A DNA stretch of 64,000 nucleotides from Saccostrea cucullata (Eukaryota): assembly GCF_032062105.1 (NCBI RefSeq), contig NW_026930741.1, positions 62,001 to 126,000 of the forward strand, written 5' to 3'. The position numbers were made by a program, and so were the translations under genes. Each line of letters opens with the position of its first letter. Position 1 is the first letter of the stretch. The notes below the pieces were generated by a model. It saw nothing but the letters and a program-made list of their open reading frames with translations, did not search any database and was not told the DNA's origin. Shown here piece by piece: positions 23,124 through 36,300 of the stretch.

Positions 23124-25101
23124 GTTTAGTGAATATTAGCAGCTAATACTGTCAGCAAAACTTCATGCATCTCTTTACTTATTATTGATTTTCTAAAAAA
23201 TGGCCTCTTTGCTTACACACTGTATTTTATGTATCTTTTTTCAACAGTCTTTTTATTAAGCATGAATAAACAAGTGAACAAGAAGAAAGTTTCTTGGAAA
23301 TGTGTGTATATCTTGTGTATTTATCGTGTGATTATTCAGACAGTTATGTAATATCTTATAATCAAAGAGATCAGTATTTTTTGATATTTAAAATAGCCAG
23401 TATCATCTACATGTTTCAATCCTTCTTTAAAAAAACAGGTGAACAAGGCCGACGAATTACTAACGTTGTAGTACGAATGAAGCTGAACACAATTATAACA
23501 AAATTTTCGTTGTTATTTAATCTAACATTGAAGTAAACTTTATGTAAATTTGCAAAATTAATATGTCACAAAAAATATATGCAGGTCAAAATAACATACA
23601 CACACAAAACGAGTAAAAAGAAAAAGTTTGGCCACTGTAACAAAAATTGTCAATATTAGTGTGTTTTAGGTTCATATTTTTGATAGCTAATCCTAAAAAA
23701 TCAAAAATGGACCAAACACCCACTATACCTGAAAAATACATTTTTATTATTAAAAATTTGCATCTCCGAGAAAAAACTAGAAACCTCTGTAGTCATTGGT
23801 CATATCACGAACATGATTAAAATACCATCCTATGTTAACGCGGTTTTGACGCGGTGCAGCCAAAGGCAATCCAAACACGGGTCTCCTGATCATGAAGCGA
23901 ACCATTATGCTGGATCAGAGGGATTTTTTTTCTCTATCTTAAAGAAGCTCTAAACACTAATAGTAACTGCTTTTTAGACTCAGAGAAAAATATATCATGT
24001 AAAGATATGCATATTGAGACTTTTGCATTCATTTAGAACATAGGGCACGTGCCTTATTTGCGCAGGAAAAAATTTCAAAGACAATGGATTGTTTGTGAGC
24101 AGAAATCACTGTTGTTTACTTACATTGGGAAAATCAATGAAAATAATTAACTAAATTTCTTCTTCTTACTCTTATATACCGCTAAAAATATTTTAATCTA
24201 TTACAAATCGTGTAATTAATGGTAAATAGCAATTTCTTTAATCTTACATCTACGGGCAGATCACTCTAACTGCATAAAACTACCGAATAATTGGAGCTCT
24301 TTAGTGTGAAGTGTTTAGAACGTCCTTAAATGGCTGAATAACCGAAAGCTTATGCAGAGAAGGGTTTTCTCTCTGAACCCTTCTCCCGCCGCCCAAAATA
24401 TGGTTTTAAAATAGGATTTCTCTTACGGAAAACTTACTCTGAGATGTTTCCAAAAGAAATCACACAATGGGTTCAAATTATCCTAGTGAGTGTTTCTTCT
24501 TATAGCCCAAGTAATTAAAAAAGGTTATTTAAGATACATGTGATAGCTATGTATAGATCAAACTGATAACATCAATTTTATTCATTTTTCAAAAATGATT
24601 TTAAAACTGTCAATAGGAACTGAGGGTATGCATTTAATTTTTCATGCTCAAATACTCAGTACATGTATCTTATCAGTATTGTGCAATATGTTTGATTGAA
24701 TAAATATACCCTTTAGTTAAGTTCTTTGAACAGTCAAAGATAAAGGAATTTGTGTTTCTTTCTGATTTGCTAATCAGTTTTTGAATCCCTCTGTTTCTAG
24801 ATTTTTTTCTATTTGTTTGATTTACAGTTTTCCAATAAAGAGACATATCTGAATAGATGTTTGCTTTTATCTAATTTCTGAGTGTCATGGGGGCCAAAAT
24901 CTTTCAACATGACACAAAAAGGGTACGATAATCAATACCTACAAACAAGGTTATCACAGATGGTTGACATCTCTTCGGTATTGGAGACGAAACATTGACT
25001 CGGACGAAGAACTTCCTCCTTCGCCCCAAAACATAATCCCTTAGCAACCTACGTACATATGCGAGATAGTGTGAAATCCAGGTAGATCTGTTCTGGCCGT
25101 G

Positions 25102-27310
25102 ATGGCGGCCGGTTCGCTTTTACTTTACCTGTGTCTATGGGTGACCGTGGATGTAACAGGGGGCTACTTTTTCGAGCCCGGCTATACACATCACTACACC
25201 TACTCCTCTACCACGGATACTCTGGGGATGCATAATATCACCACTGTCATAAGGGTAAGCTAATGGCCCGGGGGGATTAAATTGATTAAAAAAAGATGAA
25301 CTTCAGAGTTTTTTTTTTTTAAATGCGCATTTATATTGATTTATTTTTTCAATTACACATAAAAACTGTTAAGTGATTTGAAACTTACAAAAAGTGATTT
25401 CCCTCTTTTTTAAAGTTTCAAATTCGAGATGTCAACCATAGTGACAGCCACACCTTGTACGAGCTGAAAGTGGACTCATTCACCCAGCACTCACAACGAG
25501 GCTACTGTAAGAATTCAATTATTTATACTGTTGTCCAGTTTCAAATTATAATGTCTTTTGACTGGCAGGAATTTAGTTTTTGCTGCTTGCCAATTTGAAT
25601 TGAAAGAGATTAGCTTAAAAAGTCTTCAAAAAGCTTATACACGTTAAAAAAACAAGATGTGATTCAATTATGCCTATGAAATAAATTCTTAAAATTTTCC
25701 TAAACAGAATGCCATTAAATGAAAGGTGATTTCTTTTAGATGCGGATAATCCACTGAAATGGAACCTCAGTAGACAGTGAGTTCATTTTAAAAATATATA
25801 CCATGTATGAAATATAAAACATTGGAAGTAGAGAGTGAGTTCTAAATTTTAAAAATATATACTTTAAAAACGGTAATGAAATATAAAAACATTTTGAAAG
25901 ATCATGAAACGTCTTAAGCTTAAGTCAAAATATTCATGTTGAAATTAAGTCAAGTATATAAAAAAATATATATTTTTTTATTTGTGTGCAAAATTAGAAA
26001 TTTGTTCAATAATAAATAAACATTTCAACGATTAAAAAACTTTAAAACCTTTTGACCTTGGAGATTTATGTATTTTAAAAAAAACTTTAACCTAGGTCAT
26101 AACTTTCAAATGATACGGGCTAGGTCTTTTATACTACATGTATATATATGAAATTCCAGTGAAAAGACCTTTATCATTGGACACAGTTTACTAAAAATAC
26201 ATTGACATTTTTATAATTGATTGACCTTCTTATGATCATCAAAAATGTGACCTCCTTTTTAAAAACAAACTTTGACTTTAACTTCTAAACAAGGTGTCAT
26301 GTTTTTGTTTACATAGGTTGAAATATTAATATATCCTTGTTCAAAGCAGATAATTTCAATTGAAGTAAATTCTAATTCAAGAACTTTGATTTTGAACTTC
26401 ATTTTGTTATAGATATGAAATTTTCTACTTTTGTAAACAAAAACTTTAACTTCATTACATTATAATTTTTAAGTTCGTTTATTAATAAACAAATGGTGTT
26501 TAATTTTTTGCTGATCATTAGATGATGCTTTAGTTAGAAATTGTAAATTGGTTTTAAGAATTCAGTTGAAACCGTGTCCATGCCCCTTTAAATGTGTCAG
26601 CGTAGATGTTCTTCTTCATTTGACAGTGAGCTGTTGATCAAACTACCTGTCTAAATCTTCATCAAAGACTCAAATAACTTTTGTAATCAAAAAGATGGTG
26701 TCTTCCTCTCTGTCTGTCTGTTTATCTGTTTGTCCGCAAAAACTTTAACCTTGCCCATATCTTTTGATTTAGTGGAGCTATCACTTTCATATTTCACATG
26801 TGTATTCCTTTTAAAGACCTTTCTATGTGTACTACCAAATTTGACCTTTGGCCTTGATCTTGGAGTTTGAAACAATTTTACTAAAAAATTCCAAAGTTTT
26901 ACTTTCGCCATAACTTTTGAATGGTTATGACTAGGAAATTCATCCTTCAAATATGTATTATTTGTGTCAAGACCTTTCATTGGATACCAACAATTAAGTT
27001 TGACCTTTTAAGCTAGATGACACCGGACTGGTTCATATTTAGTCTGTTTTTTTTTTAAATTAAAAAAAAACTTAAACGTAGGTCATAACTTTCAAATACT
27101 ATACTATACTATATATATGAAATTCCAGTGAAAAGACCTTTCATTTGATACCAAGAACTTTGACCCTTTTACTTTGACCCTGGAGTTTGACCTCCTTTTT
27201 AAAAACAAACTTTGACTTTAACTTCTGAAGGGTTAGGACTCTTATACTTCACATATTTAATCCTTGTGACAAGACCTTTCATTGGATGTAAAGAACTTTG
27301 ACCCTTTGAT

Positions 27311-27348
<38 letters not shown>

Positions 27349-30300
27349 ACCATAATTTTTGAACCTCCTTTTTCATACATGTAACAAACTTTGACTTTCT
27401 TTAAAATCCTTTGAAGGGTTTGATCTACCTTTAAACAAACTCCAACATATAACTTTTGAAAAGATGCTTGTGACTTATATTTCGATTGAATTTGGATGTA
27501 AAGAACTTTGCGTACCACCAAATCTGATTTGCATTTGAGAAAGTTTAACTTTGCTATGTTACCATACGGGGTATCAGTGTTTCACAAACTCATCTTTTTT
27601 TGTAGTTTTCTGTTTAAGCTAGATGACACCGGACTGGTTCATATTTAGTCTGTTTTTTTTTTTTTAAATTTATGTAATTCTTATGACAAGGGGAGAGAAA
27701 TCCAATCATCTCTGTGTGTGTGCGTGTGTGTGTGTGTCTGTGGGTGAGTGAGTTAGTACTGTGCGCACTGGTAGTAACTTTTTTAAAAATCGGAATCGAT
27801 GTCGAATGCTGTTTTGATTTATATATCCTTTTGGAGGGGAGGTTTCGATTTGATGTGCCCTTGTACAGTTGGGTTGAGCTGAGAAAGTGCGTGGTTAATA
27901 TTTGGACTGATTTGACTGTTTTCTGTTTGATTAGATAGGACAGGACTAATTCATTTTTAGTCTGACTTTTATATTTTGTTTGCGCTTCGGGAGACAAGAC
28001 TTGTTCAAATTCCGTCTAATTTTAGAGTATTTTGTTTGGACTGTGGGACACAGGAGAAATAGGAATATGCCTTGTCTCCTTCATCTTAAACAGAAAAAAC
28101 TATAAAAATCAGACCAAGATGAAACAGTCCCGCTTCCCCTAGTCAGTTTCCGATTGAGATAGACAGGACAGGGCTGTTTCAAATATCTTATTGGTAGTTT
28201 CCTGTTTGAGCCGGGGTGTGGTAAGTTCGAAATTGGTTCATTTTAACTCCGATTATTACAGTTTCCTGTTTGAGCTGGGGGAGACGGGAGTGGTTCATTT
28301 TGTGCATTACCATCCAGAGGATAAAGAGGAGGTCGTCACTGTGAAGAAGGCAATTGTCGGTACAATGTCAGCCCATTTCAAGGTAAGGGATTGGTCGGTA
28401 CAATATCATCTCACTTCAAGGTAGAGGATTGGTCGGTATGATGTCAGCTCACTTTCAGGTAAGGGATTGGTCGGTACAATGCAGCTCACTTCAAGATAAG
28501 AGATTAGTCAGTATATAGAGTCAGCTCCAAGTATGGGATTGGTCGATACAATGTCAGCTCACTTCCAGGTAAGGGATTGGTCTGTACAATGTCAGCTCAC
28601 TTCCAGGTGAGGGTTTGGTCGGTACAATATTAGCTCACTTTCAGGTAAGGGATTGGTCAGTACAATGTCAGCTCACTTCAAGATAAGAGATTAGTCAATA
28701 CAGAGTCAGCTCCAATTAAGGGATTGGTCGGTACATTGTCAGCTCACTTCCAGATAGGGGATTGGTCGGTACAATGTCAGCTCACTTCAAGGTAAGGGAT
28801 TGGTCGGTACAATATCAGCTCACTTCCAGTTATAAGGGATTAGTCGGTACAATGTCAGATAACTTTCAAGTAAGGGATTGGTCTGTACAATGTCAGCTCA
28901 TCTCCAGGTAAAGGATTGATCGGGACAATGGCAGTTAGCTTTGTGAACTTAATTCCATGTAAAATTGTGTTCGTACTTTATCAGGCCAATTAAGGTAAAT
29001 GATTGATCTATACTTTGTCCTTCAACCTCTAAAATATCATTCAGTATTTTATCAGCTCTATTCCTGATCAATTCATTTAAAAATTTCAAATTTCAAATTT
29101 CCTTTCTTTTGCATCGTAAGGTATCAGAAAAAGATCGATGGACATACACTTCAAACGAAATAGATCACGGAGGTACATATTTCATCTTTTCAGATTTCGT
29201 ATTCTAAATGATTAAAATAAGTTTCAAGTTATTTCTCAATTTATGCATGCTTGTAAAATATTTCATGTAAATACCGGTAAAATATTTCAGGACATCTGTT
29301 ACATACTTACGAGGGGCAGAAGACGTCTGAAGGTCACATGTTATCCAGATACCACTATAGCGATGACAATGTCATTCGTACACACAAAAAGGTCAGGTGG
29401 AAAAACACACAGTACACGGCTTTCGGCGATACGTTTCTCTGAAATACTGAAGCATATTTAAGTGATTTTATTCTGTAATTTTTCTTTTGTCATAAACAAT
29501 GCATTATTTGATATTTTTTGGTTATTTGTGTGATTATCTAGGTCCTGCATTACAACAATAACGGCATGATACACAGAATCCATCTGGTGGACAACATAAC
29601 AACATACGACACAAAAGATTCTAGATTCCAGTAAAGTGTCTCTCTTTCCTTTTGTCTTTTCTCTCTCTCCTCTCTCTCAATTTTTACGCTACTTCTTCGA
29701 AATGATTGTATGGGCAACTACTGGAAGTATAATATACCATAGCAAAGTATAGGGAAAGGGAGTAATTTATGGGAGTAAGAGGTACAAAAGGTAGAAATAA
29801 CGAACGGTGATCGATCTCAAAATAACTATAAACAATACAAATATGTGAAAAGAACATGAACAAGAAGTCAGGAGCCCAGTAGTGTCATAAAAGCAATAAT
29901 TTGTAGTCGATATTATTATTTAGAAGAAATAATACAAATTAAAATGGTAAACTGATATAGTATGTCACCTTTGTTGAAGGGCTAACTATAAGATGTCTTT
30001 GAAATATTTTTCAGTAATGGGTTGCATGACAATGGAGCTATAAAGATCTACTCATCAGGAGGTTTGTATAATAACAATTCTACACGTACTTATAGGTACA
30101 CCTCGTTAACTAAAAATAAGGTTCTGATATTTAATTAAAAGTATTGATTAGTTTATTTACAATGACCAACCAACAATTGTTTTCCAGAATTTCCTACCAT
30201 CCAAACAATAGGAGAGACGCATGTCACATTTCAGGAGAAAAAGTAAATTAAAAACAGTGGTCTTACCACTTATTAAGAAAGAAAAATAACTATGATATAA

Positions 30301-33300
30301 ACAAAAATCAATTTTATAATTTTCATTTCGTATACAAATAAACAAAAATCTTCAAGTGACTTTATTTTGTTATGTAGGAAATATAAAGAAGACGGGGTAC
30401 AAGGTGTGATAGCAGCCTTAGTGAAGGACATCTTAACAGTTATAAAGGTCAGCTATCAAATTGAATTTATCCACTCAAAACATACAGGAGTGTTGGGTCA
30501 ACTTGTATCATTTTCATAAATATTTTATTTTTAGAGACCAGAAAAACCTCTAGAGTTGAAGACGATAGAAAAGAACATAGATGCTATGATAGAATGCATA
30601 CATAGATACGACGACAAAAGTAAGTAAATCTTTACATCTTCGATGATGTATCTCCCCGACTTTCCGTGTACGCATTGCAGTAGTGTTTTTGCCTTATATC
30701 GAAGTCTAAGAATTTTTTTTGTTCTTTCTATGGACAAGTTTTACGCTTTAAAAATTGTTGTATCAGGGAACCTGGTTTTGTCCATTGTGATTGAAATTTG
30801 AACTTGAAAAGGTTTTTTAAAATGGCTTAAAGGATAATCAAACCATCTGTTAACATTGCTTACTTTATGATGTTTCACCACAAATGTTTACAAATTGAAA
30901 ACATAATGTGAAACCCTTTGTATTCTGTTCTTTCAGCTGCCGTGGGAAGAACTGAATGTGTCAAGCAGCTTCAGGAGAATGTTACCCGTCTGATTGACTC
31001 AGACTTGATAGCTTTAGCTGAAAAATTCCTCCTTAAAAATGAGTGTGATAGAAATTATACAAGATGCACTGACGAGCGCCATCTGATGATAGATGTTATA
31101 GCACGTGTCGGAAGTGACGTGGCACAACAGATTGTCATAAGACATGTTCTCAATAACAGCGCTGCTAGTGATGAGGAGATGCGCCATGCTCTCATTCATT
31201 CCATAAGTTTTCAAAATCCAGTTTATGTAGGTTTCCTATATAAGGCATCCGATTTCTTTTTACAAAACTAGCAGATTATTCATTATCTAACGTATTCATA
31301 GTGATAAAAAAGATAAATGTGTTTGCTGTGTTTCTTATTTTTTCGATCACATTTTGTCCGCCGTCCGTCCGTCTATTCACAATAGTATACAAAGCATCCT
31401 TGGGTAAAGGGGAATTTAAATTGTTTCAAGTCCCCTCACGATAATCAAGAAAAGACAAAAATAGGGTGGGGTCATTAAAAAATCTTTTTCAAGAACCACT
31501 GGGCCAGAAAAGCTGAAACTTATGTGGAAGCATCCTGGGGTAGTGTATCCAAAATACAAAAAAGTTGATTTAAATGCGTCAATAATAGCAGAGTGCATTC
31601 TAATATATTTCAGGAACTCATCACTGCAGTAAATGCATTATGCTTTTCAAGGAATTTAAAGCTAGGTAACTTGAAGTCTGACATTGTTTTATTTTAAAAA
31701 GTTAAGTTCATTTATAAATTTTATTCTAATGTAAATCATTGTTTTTAATATTAATATTCTATTGTAAAATCATTGTTTTAACATATATTCAGAGCCTAGT
31801 TTTGTCAGTGACACACAAAGGCGTGCATGCCTTACTCTTGGTGCCATTGTGAAAAACCTTCGTCAGAATGGAAACGCTTCGTTGGCTTTACAGCTTGTAC
31901 ATAAGTTGGAGGAAGCTTTAGGGCATCATAATGAAAGTAATATTAAAAAAAAGTGTGATTTAATAATATTCATTCTCCAAATTAAGTAAACTTGTCTTCA
32001 ATAATTCATGTTGTAAAATACAGTTTCAGGCCTAATCGATTCTTGTCTAATAGAAATTATTTTAAAATAACACAGCTGAATTTCAAGACCTGTACAAGCC
32101 CAGGAACCGCCGATCTGCAGAGGAACCACACACAAAAGAAAACAACCACTTACGAAAGAAGAGAATGCTGGTCCATGCTCTAGGTAATGCAGGTCATCCC
32201 AGTTCTGTCCAGCACATAGTGTCGTACATGGAAGCTAACAAAGCCACACCGTCATTGAGGAGAGCAGCCGCTTATGCCCTCAGACATTTTTCTTGTAATG
32301 AGGTAAACTGTAACTTATTAATAAAGTCAACTGTAAATAAAAAATAAACATTTTAACTTAGTTAATTAGAAACACATCTCTTGTTTTAATTTTTAGAGCG
32401 CCAATGCTTTACTGAAGTCGGCTGTGAACGATCTGGAGAATATAGTGAAACAGGCATCATATGAAGTTTATTCTTCTCACCCTGCCGGAAAATCTTTCAC
32501 TCACGAACAAGAAAATATCATTCTAGCGTAAATGCCCTTTCTGTTATTCGCTTTAAATTTGAAAAAAAAATACACTCTCTGTAAACAATGTAAAAAACAT
32601 CAAATATATATAATGCAGGGCCCGGTACTCCTATCCCGTTGTTACGCGGGTCAGACGAGGAACTTTTGCAGACATCCTGAAAGCTCTGAGCTTTGAACTT
32701 GTCCTTCCAAAGGTCGACTGGAAGAAGATCATCGGAAGCAATAAGATTGGGGCATCGTTTGGAATCTTTATGGAAAACTACATCAAACTTAAATTAGGTT
32801 TCTGAAAATTTGCCTTCGAATTAGCTACATAATGAAATATATGTGTAAAGAATATAATATTGATGTTAATTTGTTTTTTCTTTTTCAGCCCCCTTTAGCG
32901 GTTTATTTGACTTAAAAGTTCACGACGAAGCTTGGGCTACTGCAAATTTGGGATTGATCAATCAATTCATAGACATCTTCAGAGTGAAAGTCTGCTACCA
33001 AATAAACTTTCACTACGACTTAAATATTCTAAAGGTAAAATTTTCATATGTTATTAAAATGCATAATTCATAAATACGTAGAAAATCTTAATTTTAAAAT
33101 AATGCATAACAGGGTGTTTTAGTAAATCATATATAATACTAGATAACAAAAATGGCATATAAAAATGTATTTTTATGAAAGATTATTTTTTTCCAAAAAA
33201 AAAAAATTTTAGGTTTTAGAAAAGATTTTAGAACTATAGAGACCGATCTCATGAATTTTGATCCATAACCAGTACAATAATTTATAGATTTATTTAAATG

Positions 33301-36300
33301 ATAAAAAAAATAATTAGGGAAAAAAAATCAAATATTTTTGGATGAATTATCAATTATTATGGGAAGCGGGCGAAAAACAGCATTCAGCACTTAGCCATAA
33401 CAGGGTGGCCTTTGACAGACTTTATCACAATATTGTGGACCCAATAAAGGAAGCAGTAGATCTAATTAGTGACCTCATTGACATGGGAAGGAATCATGTC
33501 TTAGAAAAGATGATCACAGACCTTGTACAACTTCTGAAGGATTTACCTTCATTGATAAAAGAGATGGCGGAAAACGTATGGAAATCGCTGCAGAAGATAA
33601 ACAATTTTGATGGTAACCCTCTGGCAGACCGAGTCAAAAAGTTAATCAACCGTGTTAAAGTTTTCATCGATGACGTCAAAGGTGACATATTAGGATTCTA
33701 TCACGTGAGTTTTCGTTCATTATAATCATTTTACTTTTATCAGGAATCATGTAGACGAAGAGCTGTTTAGTAATAATAAAATAAAAAACCTTAATTCCTG
33801 TTTTAAGCTATTGGAAGGAATTTAAGAAAATTATAAGTAGATTTTAGCTCATTGTAATGGATTATATTTTGATATTCTGAAGTAGCTTTACATGTATATG
33901 CCCTATTCTAATGAATCTATTTATAAATATGAGCTTCTTCAATTTTCTATCCTATTTAATCTTTATAAATTGACATTTAATAACTTTCCTGACAGAGTGT
34001 GGCAGATGCCATCACTGTGTCCTTACCTTTTGTCGGCAAAGAAATAAAGGAAGGGTTTGAACTCATCGGAGATTCCTGGAAATTCTGGGAAAACCCCATA
34101 GCGTCATTTCATGGCATGGAGAACGCACTTCTGAAGTAAGATATATATTTATTATTCGTTTATAAAAACTTTGTGACTGATCATCACTGAGGAATGCTTA
34201 GATTTTAATTATGGTTTATGATAATGTGTTGTGAGTTTTTTTTCAAAAATATGACATTATTAACACTGTTGATATTTTCCCTCTGATTTCCTTAGGTTTA
34301 AACTAGCTGTTATAACTTTCGTAGAAGCAAAAGAGAGAGTAATGGATTCCTTAAACATTTTTAAAGGTAATGATTTTGTTAGTTAAATGTATCAACAGAT
34401 AGTTCTTGAGCCCCGAAATGTACCAGTTGCTGTAACTCATTTTGCAATATTTCAGGTACACGTTAAGATAAAGCAATGAAATATGCGGAGATAACGAACA
34501 GTATTCGAGTTCAAAAGTCCATTAAACATAACAAAATAGGAACAGAGCAAACACGGACCTCCAAAACATCAGAAGTGGGATCAAATGCTATGGAGGAGGG
34601 AGAGCGATAAAATCAAATCAGGAAAAATCATTATCATTTACTCCTCATGTCTAACTTAAGTAAGCTGAATTTTATATGTTACAAATAAAGGGGGACTTCC
34701 ATACTGGTTTCACCCCATTGAAGAAGTTAAAGGCATGATGAACGACGTTATGGACATTATGGGTCTGATCAATGACGAAGTATTCCACTACAAAACAGAT
34801 CCAGCCTCAAATTTTTCCGTGGCCGACATCACGGACGGACTTATGATGTGTGTAAGTACAAACGTTACAAAAGATTCAAATACGGGAACACTTTGATTAG
34901 ATAATGTTCAAAGTAAATTTAAAATTAATTTCCTCAGGAAAACAAAAGGATCATCCATGATCTGGTAAAGGATGCCGTTATGCCTGTTTTAAATCAAACA
35001 CTGGATAGAGTTAAAGAGATTGCCAAACCTTTCTGGGACAAAGTTACAGAAGTAATTGACCTCTTCAAGAGAATCAAGAGTTCTTATGACTTCGTAAGAG
35101 AGGCGTAAGTTTTAGTATTTATAATGTACCTTTCATTAACATAAACTCACTGTCTTCCAACAAAGAAGTTAAGAATAACGAGTGAAATATTTATGGAAAC
35201 AATTATGAATATTACCTTATTACAGCATTAACAAAGGAAAATTCTTTATCCAAAAAATCTTCGGAGCCAAATTTCACAGAAAGTTTCCAAAAACTCCCGG
35301 CCCTTGTGATGTACCTTCATGTGCCTGTGGTGAATACAGGAAGATAAGTAACGGAATGATGGGGATAGATCTGATGATAGACTCCAAGAGTAAAATGGTA
35401 TGTTTATATTGTATTGGTTTTCATATAGATATGTATTAACGCATTAAGTCCGTGCATGGTATATAATTTCGACCGTATCTTATCATTATTCTTCCTCTCG
35501 ACTTATATTTCCTTGTTGCTTTTCAAAATTAAAAATTTAATGCACTATCTGTCATCTTTCAGGACGTACTTAATCCTATGACTGGTCTAGTCTCCTGGTA
35601 CAGCGATACTGAGGTTCTTATCATTCCTCACAGAGTAGACGTCAGCATGTATGAAATTATTGTGTCAAACCTTAAACAAGTAAGCCCAAAAATTCCTAGA
35701 AACAGGAAGAAAAAGTTCTTCCTTGGCGGTCATAAAATTGGCAGGGTTGTTGATAATCTTGAAAATTGCGATTTTAACTTTATCACTGTGTCCATGAGAA
35801 AGAGAGTAGAGAATTCAACAGGTTTGGCAGAGGAAAATTATGAATACATCGATCCTTCTAAATACATAAAGAAGAAAAAACCAAAATCGTTTTGGAAACC
35901 AGTGTGCAAAGAGGCATTTTATCATTACATTGGACAAGTGGCAGACGACCTTGACATGGGAGATGAACCCGAGGAAGACGAAACCGAGACAACAAGAGAA
36001 GTAGACAGCAAGAAAATCAAAGGACCAAAGTTCTTGCATCGACATCATGTGGGAAAGCGGTCCTTAGAAATCAAATATAAGGGGATACGTGATAAAAGAG
36101 CTGTAGAATGCAACGACGAAAACGATAAATCCTTCAAATGCAAACTTAAGAGGTTCGGTACAAAAGTTGGAGAAATGAGAGAATCACTTATACTGAAGAC
36201 GTATGTAATTTATTTTGAATTCAAACAATAGAATGATAATACCTGTAATTGTAAGTATATTAAAAGAAAAAAATTGATATTAAAAAAAAAAAGTAAAGCA

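Larger units (their letters stand above)
17270..25135. repeat. Segmental duplication copy B (minisatellite, GPCR pseudogene, upstream region of the LLT gene)
   Basis: Direct-orientation homologue of 8745-14705 with extra insertions. Confidence 0.85.
25165..32660 (+). other. Vitellogenin_N / large lipid transfer (LLT) module
   Basis: Beta-barrel motifs FEPGYTHHYTYSST, LSRHFLFELGETGVVHFVHYHPEDKEEVVTVKKAIVGTMS and YTSNEIDHGG. Helical-domain motifs LMIDVIARVGSDVAQ, ACLTLGAIV and LVHALGNAGHPSSVQHIVSYM..LRRAAAYALRHF, resembling the LKALGNAGHP hallmark of Vg/apoB/MTP. Confidence 0.8.

Noticed and set aside
28356-28935. Common origin of the two 38-bp minisatellites
   Set aside because: The units share no sequence and each matches its own local source; the equal length is most likely coincidence.
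25102-32660. Calling gene 4 vitellogenin or apolipophorin
   Set aside because: Only the LLT module is shared; no VWD domain is seen, and the frame continues into FN3/EGF/TM domains.
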